This document shows positions 23,717-32,012 of a stretch of DNA of 35,686 nt, piece by piece. A program made the translations under genes and the position numbers. Position 1 is the first letter of the stretch. Each line of letters opens with the position of its first letter. Under the pieces are notes generated by a model. The model was not told where the DNA came from and did no database searches. It worked only from the letters and a program-made list of their open reading frames with translations. Source of the stretch: Proteromonas lacertae (taxonomy: Eukaryota); NCBI GenBank assembly GCA_002245135.1, contig NGBS01000925.1, forward strand, positions 1-35,686, given 5' to 3'.

Positions 23717-24712
23717 TTGATGATAATTGTAATTATATTAATTTGTATAATATTGTATGTATATATTCAATATTTAAATTTTGATAATAGTAATTTGTTT
23801 TTAAATTATTTATTATATAGAGTATTAGATAAATCATTCTCAAAAATCATTAAAAATGAGGCAAAATACTATACTACCTTTAACGATACAGATTTAAACC
23901 TTCCACATATTATTGATTTTTCTGTATTAAAAAATATAACATGTTTTTACAAACCAGAAATTATCATTGCTGTTTTATCATCTCCTCATAATTTTAAGAA
24001 GAGATTTTCATTTAGATATATCAGCAAAGATTATTGTAATGCTAAAACAAAATGCAAATTCATTTTCTTTATGGGATCGTCATATTATGAAGATAAAGTA
24101 TTAATAAACAAAGAAACTTCTACTTTTAATGATTTAGTACAGTTTTCATTTCAAAATAGTTATTTAAATTTGACAATTTTGTCTATCATGGCTATAAAGT
24201 ATTGCTATAGAATCTTTAAATATCTAAATTATTACATTAAGACAGATGACGATGTTTTAATCAATTATTCTTTGTTATTCAATATCTTAACCAGAATAAA
24301 TATAAGTAATAACCATGTATTTGGACATTATGATGGTAAATTTACTGTAAACAGAAATAAAAACAGTAAAAGCTACATACCTTATTTTCAATATCCATAT
24401 AAAGTTAGTCCAGCATATGTATATGGTGGATTAATAATTGTAACCAAATCATCATTAAGTAAAATATATAAGGAAATAAGCAAAAATCATTCATATGTTT
24501 GGAAAGAAGATGTAAATTTCGGAATTATATGCAAATGGTGTAATGTGACTGTTTTGCAATATCCTTGTTGTGTAGATGCAAAAAATAAAATAAAAGAATG
24601 TGTAATTAATAATAATACTATTGCAATTGAATTATACAATAAAATAGATTCTTTCTATTGTATTAAAATATTTACAGTAAAATTTCATCAATTATTAGTA
24701 AAAGAAATCTAA
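23717..24712 (+). CDS. GT31 glycosyltransferase
   Basis: Motifs AVLSSPHNFKKR, FIFFMG, NSYLNLT, IKTDDDV, PAYVYGG and EDVNFG. Confidence 0.88.
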   Translation: MMIIVIILICIILYVYIQYLNFDNSNLFLNYLLYRVLDKSFSKIIKNEAKYYTTFNDTDLNLPHIIDFSVLKNITCFYKPEIIIAVLSSPHNFKKRFSFRYISKDYCNAKTKCKFIFFMGSSYYEDKVLINKETSTFNDLVQFSFQNSYLNLTILSIMAIKYCYRIFKYLNYYIKTDDDVLINYSLLFNILTRINISNNHVFGHYDGKFTVNRNKNSKSYIPYFQYPYKVSPAYVYGGLIIVTKSSLSKIYKEISKNHSYVWKEDVNFGIICKWCNVTVLQYPCCVDAKNKIKECVINNNTIAIELYNKIDSFYCIKIFTVKFHQLLVKEI

Positions 24713-24913
24713 ATTACTTCTTGTTGTTTAAAATATATAGTGATTATATAAAATATAGTGATTTAATTGATTATATATACTGTATTACAAATAATAATAA
24801 TTAACTGAGCGTGTATATAAAACTATAAAAGTTGGTAATAGTGAATAGAAAATCATGGTTATAAATAGAATTAAAAATATAGCAACATTACTCCTCTCTA
24901 TTATTTTTATAAA

Positions 24914-25660
24914 TTGTTAATGATTCTAATAATCATTTATATATTTCATTTATTTTTACTTATTAACATATGTTTCTTTGTTTTATTTGTAAATGATAAT
25001 CAAATGTGCATGTGGTATAATATAAATACAGCCACTAATTTTGATACTAATAAAACACATATAATAAATAAATACATTAAAGTATTAAACATGTTACAAG
25101 TAAAATACTTTCTAGGATTTGGCTCTGAATTGGGTAGTTTTAGAAACAAAGGGATAATAAAAAATGATCATGATGTGGATATTCTTATACCAATATGGAT
25201 GAATTATCACATATTTAAATGTAATTACTATTTGCACTACTATCCTCAGAAATGTAATATATTTACTAATCCTAATTATAAAATATGTAATAAAACAAGA
25301 ATAGAATATTTGTTTATGTTCAAGGAGTATATTGAAAATATAAGTAAATCAAAAAGCGATTATTCATGTAAATATTGGGGAAAATTTGGTTATACTAGTT
25401 GTTGGATGTTTAAATCAGAATATTTATTTTTAGATATTTGGGTGTTAATAGGGAATGAATATGTTTACAATGATATTGATATTTGCAGATGTTTATTTTC
25501 TGATAATATTGTCTATTGTAATAAAAATGCATTGAAATCAATTATTAGATTATATGGAAAAAATTATATGATTCCAAACAAAAAAGGGAGTGGAGATGTA
25601 TTATGCAAAATAATAATCAACCCAAATAGAAATAATTCAATTTTACTTACAACTAGCTAA
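24914..25660 (+). CDS. LicD/fukutin-family phosphotransferase
   Basis: Signature YFLGFGSELGSFRNKGIIKNDHDVDI, LDIW, and a TM anchor. Confidence 0.85.
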   Translation: MLMILIIIYIFHLFLLINICFFVLFVNDNQMCMWYNINTATNFDTNKTHIINKYIKVLNMLQVKYFLGFGSELGSFRNKGIIKNDHDVDILIPIWMNYHIFKCNYYLHYYPQKCNIFTNPNYKICNKTRIEYLFMFKEYIENISKSKSDYSCKYWGKFGYTSCWMFKSEYLFLDIWVLIGNEYVYNDIDICRCLFSDNIVYCNKNALKSIIRLYGKNYMIPNKKGSGDVLCKIIINPNRNNSILLTTS

Positions 25661-25721
25661 ATTATCTAAATAAGTATTACTAAAAGTCATATGGCTCCAG
25701 AAGGACGTCCTTTTAGGTAAC

Positions 25722-25896
25722 TCGATGCAATCGATGAAGCTCCCGTAAAGGTCAACTCTGAATCTAGAAGGGGACGGACTCCTAGAACACTCGTTAGAAC
25801 TCTGTGACAATGTCCCATGGTCCCATTTACGTAAGGTTCCTACGGGATTCCTCCCAACAGGGTCTATTGCCTACGGAGTCTACTTCCCTACGGGGA
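25722..25896 (+). repeat. Left terminal inverted repeat
   Basis: Reverse complement of about 34865-35023. It is near-identical except around 25805-25820 and for one extra 16-bp unit. Confidence 0.95.
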
Positions 25897-26210
25897 CTCT
25901 TGGAAGCTATTTCTATACCTATCTATGAGACGATCTCCTACGGGTACTCCTGGAAGCTATCTAGAAGTGTTGATTACCTCGAGGTGATGATTCTAATCAC
26001 GCTCTTGACTCTCCTTGCTACGCTGGTGACCTTGTAAGGGCTTTTAATAGAATCGTGGAAACCAATCGTGGAACCGGGAGTTTACAATTGTTAACAAGTT
26101 ACCAAATGGTAACTCCGGGAGGTTCTGGCTAGTTGTGGATTTCTCAAGGCCCTTGAAGATAATGATAAGCAATCTCGGAGGCATTACTTCTTTTCCTAGA
26201 GATATTATTA

Positions 26211-26564
26211 ACGTGCAAGAGAAGACTCCGACGAGGAGGAAGCTTCTGGGGAAAGTTAAAGGACTTCGGTAAAAAGGTTGTTACCACAGGTAAGAAGGCT
26301 GTAGACTACCTACAAGACAAAAAGATCATCTCCAAGGTTGCTGATGCCTTAGGACAACAACAAGTAGCTGACGTTGCTCGTAAGATAGGATTTGGAAAAC
26401 ACCGTGGAGGAGCACGTCTAGGATTTAATGGAGGTGCCCGTCTTGGTTTCAATGGAGGAACACGTCTCGGATTCAATGGAGGAAGGTACCGAAGAATAGC
26501 CAGAGGTGGAGCCATCAATCAACAGGCAATGTTGCAATCATACTTAAGCTCTGTAGGAGCATAA
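26211..26564 (+). CDS. Unannotated 117-aa basic core/membrane-lytic protein, adenovirus pVI-like, with GG cleavage-type repeats; apparent ACG start
   Basis: Translation TCKRRLRRGG-SFWGKLKDFGKKVVTTGKKAVDYLQDKKIISKVADALG...HRGG(A/T RLGFNGG)x3 RYRRIARGG. The 24-nt repeats at 26406-26477 differ mainly at synonymous positions in this frame. Confidence 0.75.
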   Translation, partial: TCKRRLRRGGSFWGKLKDFGKKVVTTGKKAVDYLQDKKIISKVADALGQQQVADVARKIGFGKHRGGARLGFNGGARLGFNGGTRLGFNGGRYRRIARGGAINQQAMLQSYLSSVGA

Positions 26565-26574
26565 GCAATTCCCA

Positions 26575-27036
26575 ATGAGTCTTTTCCTTAAGCAAATTAC
26601 CATGACCATCTATAAGCTAAGAGATTACATCTCCAATCCACGACAACCAGCAAATGACTTACAACTAGAAGACTTATCTAAGGAGTGGTATGATGAAGTT
26701 GATGACTTAGCTGATAACCAGAACATCGTAGGGATCAAGACTTATATTCGATACGTGCCAGCTACAGAGGAAGATAAAGCCCACACTCCCCATGGATCTA
26801 TCATCTATAAGACTACTCAGAAGCTTTACCTTATCAATGTCCATGCTCCTGACAAAGTCGAGAAGCTCATTGTCTTTTACGGAAGATGTACTGACTCCAG
26901 GATCTTGATCAAGAGTATGGAAGGAGTCAGTCTGTGGATTTGTAACATCGTGATTCCATCTGAAGATCTTGATCACATCTACCTAGTCACTTCCGACAAT
27001 GACAATCAGATTCCTTGTGTGGTCAGGCATAAGTAA
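26575..27036 (+). CDS. Hypothetical element protein, 153 aa
   Basis: ATG-initiated ORF with element-type composition and the shared upstream motif; no family recognised. Confidence 0.7.
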   Translation: MSLFLKQITMTIYKLRDYISNPRQPANDLQLEDLSKEWYDEVDDLADNQNIVGIKTYIRYVPATEEDKAHTPHGSIIYKTTQKLYLINVHAPDKVEKLIVFYGRCTDSRILIKSMEGVSLWICNIVIPSEDLDHIYLVTSDNDNQIPCVVRHK

Positions 27037-27069
27037 AAAAGCAATCAACGAATTCCAAAGGGTATTACA

Positions 27070-27609
27070 ATGCCTCGTAAGTACACACACTCATTAGTTG
27101 AAAGAGACAACACTGGACTTAGAAGGCCAACAGATATTGATGAGTCGGACATAGCACCTTATCGTAGGTCAACAAAGCAAGAGACTTCAAAGGACAATGA
27201 TCTTGATGATGGTGAACTATTGAGTATCCTCAAGAAGTTATCCGACGATGATAAGCAATCACCAGTAAAGTCAACTCCGAGAAGAGTATCTCTGAAGAAG
27301 TCAAGTATCGGAGAAGAAGGAGGAATAAGTAAAAGACTGATTGCCCTCAAGAACAAGAGCAAGAAGAAGAAGAGCCGTAAGAACAAGTGCAAGTTGATGT
27401 ACCTAGACGATATTGACTCTGCCGATGATGAGATCACCGTAAGAAGTAGCAGTATCATGGATCCTGAGAACTTAGATGATATGATTAACAGCATGGGAAT
27501 GACTCCATACTCATCACCTTCAAAGTCAACAACTAAGAACACAGTCAAAGGAGTTGGAGGTGCTAGTTATAAGACTTCACAGGAGCCGATAGTCCCGATC
27601 TATAATTAG
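27070..27609 (+). CDS. Hypothetical charged low-complexity element protein, 179 aa
   Basis: Lys-rich tract KNKSKKKKSRKNK (NLS or DNA-binding-like), acidic blocks and a VGG|A site. Confidence 0.7.
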   Translation: MPRKYTHSLVERDNTGLRRPTDIDESDIAPYRRSTKQETSKDNDLDDGELLSILKKLSDDDKQSPVKSTPRRVSLKKSSIGEEGGISKRLIALKNKSKKKKSRKNKCKLMYLDDIDSADDEITVRSSSIMDPENLDDMINSMGMTPYSSPSKSTTKNTVKGVGGASYKTSQEPIVPIYN

Positions 27610-27656
27610 CTTAGTTGTTCTTTTCAAATTGATTATCTAAGTAAAGTTCCCCCATA

Positions 27657-30653
27657 ATGAAACGGACATTATCTAGCAAAGATAATCCTTCAACTAATAA
27701 GAGAAGAGCAGTGACTTGTTTACAAAGGAAGCTTCAGCAAGAGTTCAAGAACCAACTAGCAACAATCAACAACGAGGAAGACATCTTGAAGCTCTTTGAC
27801 TCTTATCTCGGAGAAGAAGAAGTAGTAGTCAAGGACAGAGAAGTCATTAGCAAGGAAGATAATTAACCAGAAGAAGATCTATCCAACTCTTACTACTTGA
27901 AGAACAACGCATTACTCAAGGACTACCTCCAGGAAGTGAGATCCCGAGATCCTAACAACCCCTACAACATCCCTTATCAGCAGATAGATGATTACAATAA
28001 GTACGTGAACTACTATCGATCTATTGTAGACCCCAACAACTTACCTTATCAGACTCCGGCAGTAGTTAGAGTTGCTTACAAAGCACCCCATCAAGACAAG
28101 GACAACAATAATGATGATGATGATAAGCAAGAGGATCACTTACAGATGAATAAGCAAGAGTCAGAGTCAAAGGAGGAAGCCAAGGAAGGTGTTGAATCAA
28201 AGGAAGACGATGATGATGGTAAAGCAAGACCACCTGGGGATGGTAACAACACTGGCAGTAGAGTTGTGAACCTAAGTCTTCAACAAGAACCACTAGCATC
28301 TATCATCGGTGATAATCCCGAGCTTCAACTTCAACAGCAAGGAACAGTGAACTTAGCAACACCGGAGAGGAGATTGGAGCAACAACAAGAGGTCGTTGGA
28401 GTAAATCATCCAGGAAAGACTCATCAATTAATAGTCAACGATGAAGTAAGTAAGATCCTTAACACTCTTGAGAATGGTAACCCTGAAGAGAAGTTCCAGC
28501 TGGATGCTGACTATGCAACGATAATGAATGATCTGGATAATATAGTCGGAGACTTAACGGGGATTCAAGAACAAGGAAGACCATATGTAGCTGATCATCT
28601 CAAGGAGGTTCCAATTACGGAGGACTTGCAAGATATAGTTGAAGAGGTTAAGGAAGTACTTCCAAAGGTGATCCAGCTGGATAAAGACGCCGACATCTCA
28701 GGCATAAGGAAGAAGGTGGAAGAGCTTAAACAAGTGAACTACGGAGCTTACAATCAATACGTATACAAGGAAGTAGAAGCACCTGTCTATGTCGGCGTTG
28801 GCGATAGCTTTATATCAGAATTAACCTCGGCATTGTCAGGAGTCACTTACTCCATACTCACTAGAGATACTGGAAGGCTCCTAGTAAGTAAAGTCAATGG
28901 AATAGTAGGTAAAGCAGTCAGAACCATCATGATACAGCTACAAAAGATACCTTACAAGATAGGTAGAGTGCTCCATATAGTCTTCCATCCAGTACTTGTT
29001 GGGATGATGATCAACCTCCTGATTTATCTGATTGTTAAAAGCAATGAAGGAGATGTCCAAGACAAGAACTATGGTTCTCAGATCTACGATCCCTTGGAGT
29101 ACTTACAACTAGCTAATCAGAACAACTTGCTTAAGAACTACTTGGACTTTATCAATCAGAGTCAGGAAGGAGAACTTACAAAAGCCCAGCAATGCTTCAT
29201 AGCTATATTGCCAGCGATCAATAAGCAGGTGTTGAAGGCAAGTAACATCAACGAAGGATGGATCGCTGATGCTATCGAAGGAGTAGTGATGATGACTTAC
29301 AGGACGTGTATGGTGTTATCAAGAGAAGTGTACCCATCTGAGAATCAACTAGTTCTATTCCGATCAGCCCCAGGAAGTGCTCAAGATGATTACAAGAGGA
29401 TTGCAAGAATAATGGTTCAACAACTAAGAGTCGAGATACACCTTCTTCCCGTGGATCAAAGCCTACCTGTGATGGTAATCCCTTACAATGAGATGGAGAT
29501 GAAGCGAGGTCTATTAGCTATGATCGGAGAAGTCACCACCGATAGTATCAACTTAGGAGGAGTTAACTATTCCAGCAGCTACTTAAGGAACGAGATGGTG
29601 AATCAACTATCAGTCCAGGAGCTCAAGGAGAAGTATCAAGAGGTTGTCAACTACGTGATAGAAGCATCAGGCAACAAGAACTTAACCCAGATGAATAACT
29701 CCATGGTAGATAGCATAAGCTTAGAGATCGGAGGGCAGAACAACTTAGACCTCGTAGCTGGTAATGGAGTTCATGGAAATGCAATTCAAGACAATCAGAG
29801 ATCCACGTGGTCAACGATAAGATCAGCAATCAGTCGATACGCAGTTCCCGTACTTAGAGCAGCTGAAGTTCTTGAAGCAGTGTACCTTGCATCTCAAGGT
29901 TCATCATCTCCAGCAAGCAGAACACTACCGATAGACACAGAGCAAAGTAATCATGTACCACAATACGAGTACAGCTACACAGCAGACTCAGCTCCTAGTA
30001 AAGTCAGGATAGGTAAAGGAATCATGTATTCCAAAGAGACTGACAATGATGACAATGATGATGATGATGATGAAGAGTTCATAGAAGAGTGTCCCGAGGA
30101 AGTAAGAAGCCAAATGAAAGATGAACTCAATCTATTGATCTCCCGAGAATATCAGAACTTCAATAGACAGTACTTGGGAGTCTTTAATTATCAGAACCTC
30201 GATGAACTTTACCAGACAGTTCATAATCAACATGATCAGAAGGATAAGTGGTGCTGCTTACTTTACATTCCAAGGACTAACAAGATCTCAACGTTGTTCC
30301 CAGCAAGGATGGTGACTCTTATTATTGATCATTACCGTCATCACTTCTACTACTACGATCCTCTCGGGCATGTGCCTCCTGAGGAAGACTGGTTAATAGA
30401 ACAACTACAACAGCTCAAGAGATTTACTGCAAGTGGAAGAGTCCCGTACTTACTTAAGATCAACAGGATAGCACATCACCTGGACTTGTCACAGGCAACT
30501 TACAAGAAGCTGATTATCACCGGGTTCTTATCAGTCTACTTTCTATACAACATACTCAGTCAAGAGAAGTCCTTTAAGGAATCCTGTGGGTATGCTCGAT
30601 TAAGTAAGAGACAACAGAATGAACTCAACAAGAAGCCTTATCGTAAAGTGTAA
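27657..30653 (+). pseudogene. ~998-codon protein with C-terminal adenain/Ulp1-like protease-fold domain; one in-frame TAA at 27864-27866
   Basis: Track ORFs 27657 and 27897 are in the same frame, separated by a single stop. C-terminal motifs MVTLIID..FYYYDPLG.PP and TGFLSVYFL. Confidence 0.6.
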
Positions 30654-30705
30654 GTAAGCTATTGTGTTATTTCCCAAAGTGATTTATTACCTCCTGAATA
30701 TCACA

Positions 30706-31960
30706 ATGAGCAAGATCCATACTGGTCCATCCTCCATCATCTCCCAGGAACATGACTTCATCGATGAAGTGCAACCCTTAGTAGCTCTCGATCAACTCAT
30801 CCCTTTAGTTGCAAGTCAAGGACAACGAGTAGAGATTCCTAAGGCTGGTCTTAGCGATGAAGTCACCTTTGAGATTGCCGGGGATAGCTTTATAAACTTC
30901 TCTAAGTCCCACTTACAATATCGACTACATGTAGAAGCAGCCTGTCTCAAGGAAATTACTTTAGCTGATACCTTCGGCCTTGGAAGTATCCATGTCTACA
31001 ATCAATCGGGAGTATCCTTGCTAAAGGTTCAAGAGCATTACGAGATCTTCCGAGGTATTATGACTAAGATTATGCGTAAGGCAAGTAAGATGGCTCATCA
31101 CGGGATGTACTACGATGGAGTCTGGATTGATAAGAAAGGTAAGGTTCTTGAAAAAGGAATGCTTTTCACTAATGTGAGCAATGACAATTACGATTACCAA
31201 CAAACGATAAAAGACAATGCCTTCGACTTGCTTATCAAGATCCCTTGCAAGGAGTTGTTTAACACCATCCTCAGTCTTTCTACTGATGTCTACTTCGGGG
31301 AGAAGGTTTACATCTCTATACGATGGCAAGACAAAGGTAAGACGGTGGACATCGTTGATAATGATGGAGATGCTACTCTAAAGGATGAGACTAAGGTAAG
31401 TCTCGAGGATATCTACTTCAAGGCTAACTACAACAAGGACATTGCCTGCAACGAGAACACCAAGAAGTACTGCCTTACAAATCCTGTGGACTTCAACGAT
31501 GTCCATGTTGTTAGAACTCAAGTAAGTAACAGTTCCAGCTACTTCAACTACTCCTTCAATATCAATAGTTCCATCGGACCTTACGTAAAGTTCATCCTTT
31601 ACAGATGCTATGACCTCTAAGTTCAAGTGGTGGATCAATGACTTCAACTACAACCCTGACTTCCAAAACATGGTGACTAACAATAGTTACGAGGATATGA
31701 AGAGCTTCATCAAGTATAGCTACTACGACCAGGCAATTGACCTACCCTTCAATGAGAAGTTCCTTGAGATCCTTAACTTTACCACCTCTGACTTTACCAA
31801 CATCAAGAACCACAGTGGCCGTCCTCTCGATAATGATATCAAGGTCTCCTTTGAGATGTACAACGATGAACTCAATAGTAAGAATGTTACCCATTACTTC
31901 TTCATCGTGACAGGTAGGTTGTTAAAGATCAGTGAGAACAGGATCATCGAGATAGTATAA
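30706..31960 (+). pseudogene. Putative double-jelly-roll major capsid protein (~417 aa), split by a +1 frameshift at about 31590-31620
   Basis: N-terminal VTFEIAGDSFINFSKSHLQYRL and SIHVYNQSGVSL..VQEHY, and C-terminal SGRPL..YFFIVTGRLLKI..IEIV, match the general PLV/virophage MCP pattern. Beta-strand-rich composition. ATG at 30706. Confidence 0.65.
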
Positions 31961-32012
31961 GTAACTGAACCCCCAGATACAGATACAGATCATAGTAGAA
32001 GAAGACAAGTAA

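Noticed and set aside
25804..26037. ORFs 25804-26037, 34739-34936 and 34926-35171 with shared peptides
   Set aside because: The similarity arises only from lying in the TIR/hairpin; there is no coding evidence.
26106..26201. Spliced ATG start for the pVI-like ORF
   Set aside because: It needs a 93-nt intron with a GAG acceptor, unlike host introns. The upstream motif favours a start near 26211.
26306..26518. 70-aa minus-strand ORF with PPLNPRR repeats
   Set aside because: Antisense shadow of the plus-strand GG-repeat protein, which has the element upstream motif and pVI-like sequence.
27864..27866. Ciliate-type code (TAA=Gln) to explain the in-frame stop
   Set aside because: TAA terminates many host and element genes at sensible positions.
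31975..31992. CAGATA x3 between convergent element genes as a terminator
   Set aside because: Too short to support a function.
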